From NCBI RefSeq assembly GCF_009914755.1, contig NC_060936.1: DNA of 64,000 nt; one strand, given 5' to 3'. The notes below the pieces were generated by a model. The model was not told the DNA's origin, made no database searches, and saw nothing but the letters and a program-made list of their open reading frames with translations. Made by a program: the position numbers and the translations under genes. This DNA is from the human T2T-CHM13v2.0 reference genome, Homo sapiens. Below, in pieces: positions 29,357 through 56,089 of this stretch; within the stretch, counting starts at the first letter, position 1; each line of letters begins with the position of its first letter.

Positions 29357-32300
29357 TGTTCTTGTACTTCCTTGAATTAAGAAGTTTATTCATCTCAGTA
29401 TTTTCTACAAATTTCTTTGACAATAACATTGTGAATGAGGATTTAGCAGCAACAGTTGATTGCATGTGTGTTCATTGTCAGTATGTTTGCTCTATTGAAA
29501 CACCTTTATGCATTTTGTTCAGTAGATTATACTTATACATAAAATTTTTTATTTATATTTAGAGCCTTTTTAGACATATGGCTGTATCATGAAGTATAGT
29601 AGTATATTCCTTTTAGATAGTTTATTTTAAAATACCAGGATAATTGTATTTAAACATATAGTATAGATTTTGGAATATTATATTCCATTTCTGTGATAGC
29701 AGAATATCTATGCCATTTCTTTTATCTCCTCAAGGTTGGATCATTTGCAGTAGACTTTCCCTAATCAGTTCAGTATTTTAACGTACAAAGGTATTTACCC
29801 AAAAACTAGAAAATAGAGTCCCTTAAGATAATAAGCAGGACATGTTCTGTGCAGCTTTTATGAAGACTCAAATTTGAGGGTATGTGATTTTTGTTAAAAT
29901 TAAAGACTTTTTGTGAAATAGAGGTGTTTTTATGTACCTTTGGCCTCTAGGAGGCAGCATGATCTAGTCTAAGATTTCTGTATCCTGAATCAGGAAACTT
30001 AGTCCTCTGTCATTTTAAGAACTTCCATGTATGAAAATATTTGCCTTCTGAATCATAAAGTTATGCTATAAATGAATTAAATAATAGCAGATAGTCACAG
30101 AGTTCTAGACTAGATTGTTATCCTGTTATTTTCTTTGTGAATACTTAAAAAGCAAAAGGAATTATTGTGATTGCTGTAGTAGTAGCATAACAATAGAAAA
30201 AGTAATCATTTCAGTGGACGAGTGCACTTTCAGTTTGCAGACCACTAGTCTCCATCCAACCTTCTCAGCTGTTGTGTAAAACCCTGCAAGCATTACTGTC
30301 ATTAACAGCTGAAGATATCTTTTTCTAGCTGATGTTTTTGCTAAAATAGTATGTCAAGTGTTTATTTAAAGATAACTTCAATAAAATCTTGGCAAATATT
30401 ATAGCTCTCCTATAGTTATTACTAAAAGCTATCTAAAATTGCTTGAAATTCAGGAGATACCTTGTGCCCATTTTTTCACTGTAATAGTGTATACTTTTGC
30501 TATGTGATTAGAATGTACCCATGTGACTATTGCCATAATTTGTGGCTGCAGGGGAACAGAGACTAGGCATGTATTTGTAAGGGGACAGTGGATGAACAGT
30601 TACCCTTTAGTCAATCTATTTTTCTTTACTTCTTTCTGTTTTCATAGCACCTGAGTAATTTCTATTTAGTGGCTCACATGAGACTACTGTAGTAAAAGGA
30701 TACTACCCCTTGGTTGTTGGAATTGCCAGCTTTGGGAGAATTTATTCTGCTCAAAACTCAAAGATAGGTTCAGAAAGCAAAGTAACTCGTGGGAGGATTT
30801 ATCCATAATCTTATTAATGAGATTGATGCTGCCAAATATTATCATTAATTTAATTTTGGATCTGTTTTGATCAAAATGTTATAAAGTTCAGGTCATGCCC
30901 TCATGCCCTAGAATGTACTTAATCTAGAAATACTTGACCAAAGTAGTCAAAAGCTATACTGAAAGAATTGATAAATGTTTAGAAAAATTAGAGCTGCTGT
31001 ATATTTCTAAATAATTCCAGTAGATCCTCTTCCACAAAAAGATGCAGTCCTTTTTAAAGGAACAAATAACCTGCCGTTTTCTTGTTTGAGTGGTCTGTGA
31101 CTTCCATCTCCCCTTTTGTATTTGAAACATAAAGGTCTTCAGTCAGCTAATGAGCTGGGCTTCTTTTGCTTTTTCTGTAAATGCTTATTTGAATGTGCAT
31201 TGTTTCTGTGTTGACAGGATGATATTTGGGACAAAATGAAAATGCGAGAACAGGAACTGGTGTATCCTATTCTAAGCTCTGTAATGAGCAGGAGTGGACT
31301 TGATGAAGGGATTGAGTTATTTGAAAACCTCTAGATTTTAAAAAGCAGAATAAGGCTTCTATCCTCAGTTTTTTATTTATTTCTACATTATGTCATTAGA
31401 AAGTTTCTTATAAGCAAATACATAATTTCTACCAAGAAAAACAGTGAAGTTTTAAGTATTCCATTTTAACATTGTTTATAATTTTTTTTTTAACTAGAAA
31501 TCAGAGATACATATGTGAGACATTTTATAGTTTAGCATAAGTGTGCCTTGGCTTGTTTTTGTCCATTAACTTAGTTCAGGACTGTAACACTTGAAATAAT
31601 AATGCCTAAAGATGTCATGATCTTAAGACGAGGAACTGTAGTTACTAGATTTTCCTTACTATTTACCACTGTGTTTATTTTGGAACTAGCTTATCTTATG
31701 CATGCCACAAGTATATGTCACAAATACACTGCAGTGTGCAAGGAAAATTTTAATATCTAATTGCTAGGGTCTTTTGCAAGAAAAGACAGTTTGTCCTTGG
31801 TTTATTAAATTAGTATGGAATAACATGTACTGTTAACAGTGTTTATTGAGCTTCTGAGATGTCTTCAGTGGACTCAGAATACAAGGATTGCTTTTTGTGG
31901 GTGTGTGTAAATGTGTAAATAAATGTTTACTGGACTCTTACTAAAATGATCAGTTTATCAGGTACTATTAAAAATATTACATGGTTATTTGTGCCTGGAA
32001 CAGTATGTAGCATATAAAAATAGAATGCAAATTGCAGTGGAAACCAGAAACAGAGTCCCTAGGGCTGAAAGGGACCTTGGAGAGTATCTGGTGCCTTGAT
32101 CTTCTAGCTCTGCTCTAAGGAGCTTGGGTGTGGAGTTCTGCTACTGAAATTAAATAATTAAATAATTAATAATTAATGACAGGATTGTTTTCTTTTAATT
32201 AGGTAACATAATTTCCTCATTTATGATTTTTCACTTTTTTTTTTTAATTTTCATTATTTTCTACCATTTCTCTGCTTGGGAGTACGAGCCTGAATTCAAA

Positions 32301-32389
32301 GTGAAATAACAGGTACAAATGAATACAGATTAAGAGGGAAACCTCAAACAGCCAATTTTTTTTGTAGCCTTGTATGCTGGTAGCTGTGA

Positions 32390-38704
<6,315 letters not shown>

Positions 38705-39339
38705 TAATTGTTTTTGGCCCCAACCACCTGAAGTTTGATTCCACAAGGGATTAAAGAAAAAGGACAAATGCACATAGGGTATTTATAGTATATGCTCATT
38801 GAAAGGCTGATTGAATAATAATAGAAGAATAAGAATGGATAAAATTTATTGAGAGCTTCTATGTACTAGGTAGTATTCAAGGTGTTTTATGCATTTTATC
38901 TCAGAAAATCTTGTCTGAAGATAGATGCTATTAATTACTCCAATTTTTATAGATGAAGAAACCAAAGCAGAAAGAATACAAGTTAATATTAAGGGTCATA
39001 GTTTCATAAATGATAGAGCAAGTGTAATGTGACTTACATCCTGTGCTTCTAAGAACTATGTTATGCTGGTCCCTTATAATAGACATTAAACTAAGAGTTA
39101 CTAGAAAATGGGTCCTAATCATAATTTTATCATTAAAGTTCGAGCTTGTACAAGTCACTTAATCTCTTTTTTTGTTTCGTCATCCTAAACTGTGCTGTTC
39201 TACCTACAACTCCAGTTTGTGATTAAATTGTGATGTAATAGGGATTAAAGCCAGAGAAGAGTAGTGGCTATAGGCTAGGATACATTATGGAAATTAGAGG
39301 AACAGGAGGAGTAAAAACAATAGAAAGTGTTAAAAAATG

Positions 39340-40516
<1,177 letters not shown>

Positions 40517-40529
40517 TACATATACATAT

Positions 40530-41143
<614 letters not shown>

Positions 41144-41902
41144 CCTCCTACGGAATGTGGTACAGGCAAGGCCTTTTTAGAGGGCATCGGCCTTCACCAC
41201 CCTACTCCCAGAGCTTCTCTCCAAGCCCAGCATTTTTAGCTACATTTTTATTGCACATATATTTTATTAGGTAGAAATATATTTTATTAAGTAAAAATTC
41301 TAAAACCTATTTGAACCAAATAAAAATAGGCAAGAAAGCATCCTATTGTGAAACAGTTACAAATGCAAAGAATTTAGGAGAGTGGTGAGTTAAGAGGATG
41401 TGGGTAGAGTTTATTATAATTGTGTGGATTGTCACCTGTCATGAGGATTACAGTTTGGTAAAAGAAAAATAAACCCTTTTTTCATTTTGAGCCTGGAATG
41501 TATGTTACTATACATGGTGCAATAAGGGCCTTATTAGATCTACAGGAAAATTCTGTCTCCATTCTAAGGGAGAGTGGCTTGTGGGACCTTAGGAACCCTG
41601 GCTCTACTACCCAACCATTGGACAAGTCTTACCTCTTTTGGATGCTGCTAACTCTTCAGAAGAATTCCTTGTGGTGGTATATAACTTGTTGGTTGAAGAA
41701 TAAATAAATAAAACGTAATTAAAGTCTATATAGCAGCTACTGTTTAACCATATTGTCTCATATAAACCTTGAAAGGAGCTAATAAAGTGGAGGGCATAGT
41801 TATATTACTGCTCTTACAGAAACAGCAACCACAATTTTAAGTCTTCTAGTCAGTGTAGGACAGTGTTTTATACATAGGTGCTTAATATAAATATTTGATT
41901 TA

Positions 41903-44990
<3,088 letters not shown>

Positions 44991-45253
44991 TGCTTTGAAG
45001 GTTTCCTTGTCTCTTCCCACCAATTGTTTGGTGCCTGTGTAGTCCTTGCTGACTTCCACATTCTCTTGTGAATTTACTTGATACACAGGGCTTTGCCTTA
45101 GATTGGGCTGTATTCTGGTCTGCCATCAAGAGATGTCAGCTAATGCTGACATGTCCCATCCTTGGGTGTTCTTTCTTGATGGCCTCCATAGCTGTTTGTT
45201 GTTTTCTGTTGAAAATGGAAACTTGAAATATTTGTTATTAATGGCTTAGACCC

Positions 45254-45642
45254 TGTGATGGTTAATTTTAGATGTTTCTCTTTCTCTGTCTTTCCATTCT
45301 TCTCCTGTCCTTGGACATCGGAACCCCAGATTCTTTGGCCTTTGGACTAATTAGGGGCCTGCCAACCTTCCCCCCAACCCCCACACCAAGCTCTCAGGTC
45401 TTTGGCCTCAGACTGAGAATTACATCATTGCCTTCCTTGGTTCTGAGGCTTTTGGGCTTCAACTGAGCCAGGCACTGGCATCCCTGGGCCTCCAGCTTGC
45501 AGATGGCCAGTTATGGGACTTCTGGGCCTCCATAATCACATGAGCCAATTTCCCTAGTGAATTCCCTCTCATCCATCCGTATCTCTCTCTATCTGATCTA
45601 TATCCTATTTGTTATGTGTCTCTGGAGAACCCTGACTAATAT
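45254..45642 (+). mobile_element. MLT2A/B-type LTR, internally deleted
   Basis: tgtgatggttaattt start; ctctggagaaccctgactaata end. Confidence 0.82.
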
Positions 45643-46345
45643 GTACTGTAGAAAAGCCTCCTGAGACTTAGACGCTATGTTTCCTTTGTTTAAATGTTGT
45701 TGAATTGATCATAGGTATAATGCATTAGATTTTTCAGAAGAAAGAAAAGGTTTATTCCACATTATATCTCTTCAGAAGCCTACCCAAAGGGGATATCTGT
45801 TTTGGCTATTTATTGCAGTGTAATAAACTACTCTAAAGCTTAGTAGCTTCAATTAGTGATTTATTATGTCTCATGATTCAGTGGGCTGACCAAGCTGTTC
45901 TTCTGGTTCATGTGGTGTTGGCTAGGTGCTGGAATGGCTGTGTTCCTCTGAGACTTGGATGGGTGCTCAGCTGGGACCCGGTGGCTGCTTGGGTCACTTG
46001 TGGAGTGGTATCTGGATTCCAACAGGGAGGCAGTGGATGCTACCCACACAGTTAAGGACTAGGCCCAGAACCAGCACAGCATCATTTCTGCCATGTGTTA
46101 ATGGTCAAGGCAGTAATAGGCCCAGCCTACATCAGTGTGGGAAGTGACTAAACAAAAATGTAAACACCTAGACATGTGGTTCATTGGGGATGATCACCAA
46201 AATAACCACTGACCAGAGTGTGCTCTCTGGCCCTTCACACATGCACGATAGAGCAGCCCATACAAGTCTCACTCACTCCATTACTACATCAGCTTGACAG
46301 GTCTAGGATCTCATCCTCTACATCAGGTCCAGGTGAGGCTCCCTG

Positions 46346-47889
46346 TGAGAGGTGACAGCGTGCTGGCAGTCCTCAGAGCCCTCGCTTGCTCTCGGCACCT
46401 CCCCTGCCTGGGCTCCCACTTTGGTGGCATTTGAGGAGCCCTTCAGCCCCCCACTGCACTGTGGGAGCCCCTTTCTGGGCTGGCCAAGGCCGGAGCCCAC
46501 TCCCTCAGCTTGCAGGGAGGTGTGGAGGGAGAGGCACGAGCGGGAACCAGGGCTGCGTGTGGCGCTTGCGGGCCAGCTGGAGTTCCGGGTGGGCGTGGGC
46601 TTGGTGGGCCCCGCACCCGGAGCAGCCAGCCAGCCCTGCTGGCCCCGGGCAATGGGGGACTTAGCACCCGGGCCAGTGGCTGCGGAGGGTGTACTGGGTC
46701 CCCCAGCAGTGCTGGCCCACCGGTGCTGCGCTCAATTTCTCGCTGGGCCTTGGCTGCCTTTCCACGGGGCAGGGCTCGGGACCTGCAGCCCGCCATGCCT
46801 GAGCCTCCCACCCACTCCATGGGCTCCTGTGCGGCCCAAGCCTCCCGGACGAGCACCACCCCCTGCTCCACGGCGCCCAGTCCCATCGATCACCCAAGGG
46901 CTGAGGAATGCGAGTGCGGGGCGCAGGACTGGCAGGCAGCTCCACCTGCAGCCCCGGTGCGGGATCCACTAGGTGAAGCCAGCTGGGCTCCTGAGTCTGG
47001 TGGGGACGTGGAGAGTCTTTATATCTAGCTCAGGGATTGTAAATACACCAATCAGCATCCCGTGTTTAGCTCAAGGTTTGTGAGTGCACCAATCGACACT
47101 GTATCTAGCTGCTCTGGTGAGGACGTGGAGAACCTTTATGTGTAGCTCAAGGATTGTAAATATACCAATCGGCACTCTGTATCTAGCTCAAGGTTTGTAA
47201 ACACACCAATCAGCACCCTGTGTTTAGCTCAAGGTTTGTGAATGCACCAGTCGACACTCTGTATCTAGCTGCTCTGGTGCGGGCCTTGGAGAACCTCTGT
47301 GTCCAAACTCTGTATCTAACTAATCTGATGGGGACGTGGAGAACCTTTGTATCTAGCTCAGGGATTGTAAACGCACCAATCAGCACCCTGACAAAACAGG
47401 CCACTGGGCTCTACCAATCAGCAGGATGCGGGTGGGGCCAGATAAGAGAATAAAAGCAGGCTGCCCGAGCCAGCATTGGCAACCTGCTCGCGTCCCCTTC
47501 CACACTGTGGAAGCTTTGTTCTTTTGCTCTTTGCAATAACTCTTGCTACTGCTCACTCTTTGGGTCCAGGCTGCTTTTATGAGCTGTAACACTCACCGCG
47601 AACATCTGCAGCTTCACTCCTGAGTCCAGCGAGCCCAGGAGCCCACTGGGGGGAAGGAACAACTCCAGAGGCGCCGCCTTAAAAGCTGTAACACTCACCG
47701 CAAAGGTCTGCAGCTTCACTCCTGAGCCAGCGAGACCACGAACCCACCAGAAGGAAGAAACTCCGAACACATCTGAACATCAGAAGGGACAGACTCCAGA
47801 CGCGCCACCTTAAGAGCTGTAACACTCACTGCGAGGGTCTGCGGCTTCATTCTTGAAGTCAGACCAAGAACCCACCAATTCCGGACACA
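46346..47889 (+). mobile_element. Solo LTR12C (HERV9 LTR), full length
   Basis: tgagaggtgacagcgtgctggc start, ccaattccggacaca end, 4-bp TSD CCTG (46342-46345 and 47890-47893), tandem CCAAT-containing U3 repeats. Confidence 0.96.
47020..47480 (+). promoter_or_regulatory. LTR12C U3 promoter/enhancer: repeated CCAAT (NF-Y) boxes, GATAAG and AATAAA TATA-like box
   Basis: ccaatc repeated in the U3 tandem array; gataag at ~47441; aataaa at ~47449. Confidence 0.7.
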
Positions 47890-48034
47890 CCTGGGTGCAG
47901 CTCATCTCAAACTGAAGACCTATGAATTAAAAGCACACGTTATTTTCCGTTCTTCCCCACTTTCCACCCCAACATATAATGGTAAGGCAGGGACAGGAAA
48001 ATTACATCAGATATTCCTCTTCAAAAAGATATTA

Positions 48035-49250
<1,216 letters not shown>

Positions 49251-49761
49251 CAGAAAAAAGCAGCAGATGTGACTGGGAGGCACATGACCTTCACTGGTGC
49301 GTAGCATTTCTGACATTTAGCTCGATCTATATCCTTGTTGAGGAACTAGTTCACTACCTGGGTGCCTCTCTTTGGCCCTCATCTCCATCCCCTAGGCTCT
49401 TGGCTGTCTTCTGATTCTTTTCCACAAGAAATGGCCTGTGTTTTTTGGCGTCTTCCTGTCCGAGTAGGGTGCTAGTATTTTTCATTTTTAACTGGCTCTA
49501 TTAGTCCAAGCTGATGGTGTTTCCACTGGTATATTTCTCTGAAATGCCTTTTGGGTTTTACCATAGATGTCTTAGGGGTTCACAACATTAGGTAAAAAAT
49601 ACTCCCACAAATCGTTTTAAGATAGGGCTTTCTTTACCTTGGACGCCTTTGTATCAGACTGTCATGTGAAAATAACCTTTTATTGTCAAAAGCTCTACTG
49701 TCTGGTTTAGTTGGTACTCAAAGCACCCACTTAAGATTCTTTAAAGCCTTTTGGTCTAGTT

Positions 49762-49942
49762 ATGTGATTCCAAAAACATGGGTGTCTGTACCAGCAGCAT
49801 TTGTATCACCTGGGAACTTACAGTTGAAGTCTCCATCCCAGACTTTCTAGATGAAAAACTGTGATGATCCAGCCCAGAAATCTAGGTTTTAATAAAATCT
49901 CCGGGTGAGTCTGATGCATACGAAGTTTTAGAACCACTGGTC
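49762..49942. mobile_element. MER5A (hAT-Charlie MITE)
   Basis: accagcagcat..atcacctgggaactt...tctgatgca...gtttagaaccactgg. Confidence 0.75.
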
Positions 49943-51244
49943 TAAGAGAAAGTCCATGAGCAACCACCTAACATCTTCATGAGGTCTCAAAAAAGGATCT
50001 TAACACCACATCCTAGAGGCTCTACTTTACTGCTAGCACTGGATTTGATCTTTGCCCTAAGGCCATTTCTTATTTTGAGTGGTTTTAAGCTTAGTTACTG
50101 AAAAGAGGAATTGTTTTATTTTTTAACCCATGAAGTCCAACTTCTTTATATTTCCTCTGAATTCTGCTTAAAAAGGAACCAAACAGTTCCTTTTTAAATT
50201 CATGTCACTACTCCTATATTTTATTGTAGGCAGCTAAAAACAAGCCAGTTGGCACTTTTGACATTCTTCTTGGAATTCTCCTTAGTTGGGTGCATGAGTT
50301 CATTAGGTACCCTTTCTGTTCTCCATGTTACTGTATGAAACGGGTCTGCTGCTTTTTCTTAGGTCTCCATTTCTTCAGCCACCAGTAACATTTCTATACT
50401 GTTTTTCAAATCTTTACCAGCAGTCTTCTAGCTGTTGTCTACCACCTGGACCCAAACCGTACATATTTTGAGTTTTTGTTATAGCAGAGCCTCCTTTCTG
50501 ATACCAAATTTTGTTTTGGTTATCTATTGTTGCATAATTAATAATTTCAAAATTTAATGGCTTAAAAACAAGTATTTTCTCACGCATGGTCTTGCAATTT
50601 GGCCAGAGTTTGGTAGGAATGGCACATCTCTGATCTGTGTGCTGACAGCTCGATTAGATTTATTTCCAAGATACCTTAATTATATGACTGTCGAGTTGGT
50701 CCTACCACCTGAGGTTTTAGTTGGAATTGTCAACTGGGACCTTAATTCTCCTCCACGCAGCCCTTTCTGATGCATGTTCTGCTTTGACCTTCTCACAACG
50801 TGGCAGCTAGATTCCAAAAAGCAGGAAGCAGAAGTTGCCATGCCTCTAGCTAGGTGCAGGGCTATGTGCCTGTAATACCAGCTACTCAGGAAGCTGAAGT
50901 GGATGGATCACTTGAGGCCAGCCTGGGTAGCAGTGAGAACCTGTTTCTAATTAAAAAAACATAAAAGAAGGTGCCTGGCCTCTTAAAGATTAAGCTCGCA
51001 TTTGGCATACAGTGGAATTTCTGGTCTTTTCTGCTGGACAAAGCAATCATATACCTAGCTCAGATTCAAGGAGGTGGAGAAATAGACCCCATCTCTTAGT
51101 GGGGGTAGTGGCAGAAGTTGTGGCTGTCATTAATCCACTGTAATCTGTCAGCTGTTTTTCTTTAACAGTACTGAAAAGACACTCTTGGCTTAAGGTTATG
51201 AGTTGGTGAAAAGTAATTGTTTACTACTTGAAAAACGAAGATCT

Positions 51245-51538
51245 GGCCAGGTGCGTGGCTCATGCCTGTAATTCCAGCACTTTGGGAGGCCAAGGCAGGC
51301 GGATCACCTGAGGTAAGGAGTTCAGGACCATCCTGGCCAACATGGCGAAACCCTTTCTCTACTAAAAGTACAAAAATTAGCCGGGCGTGGTGGCGGGTGC
51401 CTGTAATCCCAGCTACTCAGGAGGCTGAGACAGGAGAATCGCTTGAACCCAGAAGGCAGAAGTTGTAGTGAGCTGAGATTATGCACTGCACTCCAGCCTA
51501 GGTGACTAGAGTGAGACTCCGTCTCAAAAAAAAAAAAA
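51245..51538 (+). mobile_element. Alu (AluS)
   Basis: Alu dimer, TSD gaagatctgg. Confidence 0.95.
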
Positions 51539-51622
51539 CCTTGAAGATCTGGAAGGAGGTAGCAAGAAAACCTTTCCATATAAAGAGCCTCTCTTGATAT
51601 CAGTTTGTTGAAATTTTATTTT

Positions 51623-51709
51623 AATATGGAACACTTCACGAATTTGCATGTCATCCTTGTATTCTCTCTGTCATTCCGATTTTAGTATATGTGCTGCCAA
51701 AGTAAGCAC
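51623..51709 (-). pseudogene. U6 snRNA retropseudogene with a ~18-nt internal deletion
   Basis: Reverse complement GTGCTTACTTTGGCAGCACATATACTAAAATCGGAATGACAGAGAGAATACAAGGATGACATGCAAATTCGTGAAGTGTTCCATATT matches the U6 5' and 3' parts, followed by an A-rich tail. Confidence 0.93.
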
Positions 51710-52509
51710 CATTGGAAGAAATTTTAAATGGTGTATTTCACAGATGGACAGAAGTCATTTTAAGTTCCTTGCCAACAGAGTAACACTCTCCAGCACCATT
51801 GGTTGTGTCAAAGTTTGTGTGTGACAGGAAAGTGTGAATGTGTTTATACATCTTGATCTTACCAGTGAACGGTGCATTTTTTTTAAAATAAAGCTTGTCT
51901 TATACACTACTAAGTGTAGAGAAAGAGTCCCCTTCCACACACTCCCCTCCTCAAAATAGAACCAGATGCTCTTTAAGAGTTGTGAACAATGAAAGGCATA
52001 ATCTGGATGCATTGTAGAAATGATTGTGGTAAACCAAAGAAGGAATAATGGGATGACAGAAGCCCAGGGCTTTCTATCACTTGGAACTTTTGTGGTGCAG
52101 CTGTTTGTAGATTGGTAGGAGACGACAAAACAGATGGCAGCAGAGGTTGCCTCTGCCTTTGCTCATTCACTCGAGTCATCTATTAGGTTTGCTCAGACAG
52201 GATAGTAAATGGCTTCCTGAATTTGTGAAGCACTTAGGCTAGTAAATTTCTCCATATCTAATTTGGAGTTCTGTTTAGAAAAAAAATATCAAATTAATGC
52301 CCTGTGACAACAGTGATTCAACAGAGTTTATATCCATCTTTCATAGGATCTGATTAGTATTAAGTCTTTGACCTTTATTTTCTTTTTTATCGTATTGTTG
52401 TACTTTTGATTTAATGCTTTTGTTTCTGGTTATACATTTTCTTGATAGCATCAGTAAGTTGTTGGTAAGTATTGAAATAACTTAAATATTTTTCTTCAAT
52501 GTGATTGTG

Positions 52510-52802
52510 TTTTTTAATGAGACAGAGTCTCACTCTGTTGCCCAGGCTGAAGTGGAGTGCCACGATCTCGGCTTTCACTGCAGCCTCCGTCTCCCAGATT
52601 AAAGCAATTGTCACGCCTCATCGTCCTGAATAGCTGAAACTACAGTTGTATGCCACCACACCTGGCTAATGTTTTGTATTTTTTGTACAGATGGGGTTTC
52701 ACCATGTTGGCCAAGCTGGTCTTGAACTCCTGACCTCAGGTGATCTGCCCACCTTGGCCTCGCAAAGTGCTGGGCTTACAGATGTGAGCCGTTGTGCCTG
52801 GC
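52510..52802 (-). mobile_element. Alu flanked by an unusually long direct duplication
   Basis: 52459-52509 is repeated at 52803-52853. Confidence 0.92.
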
Positions 52803-53803
52803 TTCTTGTTAAGTATTGAAATAACTTGAATATTTTTCTTCAATATGATTGTGAAAATATTTGGGATAGCACAAGCTTCCCTTAGTTGCTTGTAGTTTTA
52901 CTTTCCCACACCTGAGTAGTTTGCAAGTGTGATTGACTTTGTGCTTCCTCCTTTTTCTCTCTTTGTTCTTCCATTTATGTTTTAATCTTCCGTCCTCCTC
53001 ATACCTTACCAAGTCTGGTTGAGTAACATATTTAGGAATGATCTTATGGGTAGTGTGGTTGAGGCATGATCACAATTATGATCCGTGGCATATGAATCTG
53101 CATGAAGAATCCTTCCAGCTCCTTCTGGATATTCTCCATCCCAGTGTCAAACTTCCATGGCACGATACCATTACCAACCATTTCAGCAACGATGCCCACA
53201 CTGTTGGTTTCTAGAGATTATTTACTTCTGTATCTGCCCAACTTATAACTCCGTTTGCTTTGGGATATGCTAGATACTTATTAATCTGTCAAGTAATTAT
53301 TGTATGTGAACTAGTAAAATGTTAACTAGGAGATACAGAGGTGAACAGGAAATGTTCACTGTAATTGGCTCCTTGGTCTTCAGTCTTCACAATTTTTCAC
53401 AGTCAGATTTGAAAGCTGAATGTAGTTTTCTGAAGGCTTGGAGTACATACTTGTGCTATTTGAGGAGGTCTCTGAGTTTTTTTGGTGCTCTTACCTCACA
53501 ACTATACTTAATCATATTTAATAGGACCTTGTTTCATTTCCTATTAAATATGACTAAAGTGTAGTCATATGACTAAAATTTTGTAAAACTTGCTGTGTTC
53601 TATTTTATTTTTAATAGAAACGGGGTCTCCCTGTGTTGCCCAGGCTGGTCACAAACTTCTGGCCTTAAGCAGTCATCCTACCTCAGCCTCCCATGAATTC
53701 TTACTATTTTAAACTCCTATTGTAAAGAATGTATTCTTGCATATAATTTTTAAATTATCCTTTATTTCCCCTGGGTAGGTACATAACTTTCTGATTATAT
53801 TCC

Positions 53804-53865
53804 TTAATTAGCCTAGCAGTGAGAGGTCTGTATTTTCACAGACCTCTCACTGCTAGGCTAATTAA
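53804..53865. repeat. Perfect inverted repeat, 28-bp arms and 6-nt loop
   Basis: ttaattagcctagcagtgagaggtctgt-attttc-acagacctctcactgctaggctaattaa. Confidence 0.98.
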
Positions 53866-53955
53866 ATTTAATCCTCTAAAGATTTTTTCATACATTTCAC
53901 TTTTTCCTGTAGTTTTAGTAAATTGTCCAAATAGTTATATTCGTTTACTATTTAA

Positions 53956-56089
<2,134 letters not shown>

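Noticed and set aside
29552-29557. TATAAA on the minus strand ~200 nt upstream of the fossil ATG
   Set aside because: Uninformative in such AT-rich sequence without TSS data
29188-29562. 124-aa plus-strand ORF and 90-aa minus ORF (29193-29465)
   Set aside because: No recognisable domain. A different minus-strand frame (29356-29197) fits the splice phase and signal peptide better.
47020-47400. Regularly spaced repeats resembling a CRISPR array
   Set aside because: This is the known tandem U3 repeat of LTR12; there are no unique spacers and the context is eukaryotic
46318-47770. Overlapping long ORFs up to 206 aa
   Set aside because: A by-product of the GC-rich LTR12C U3 region
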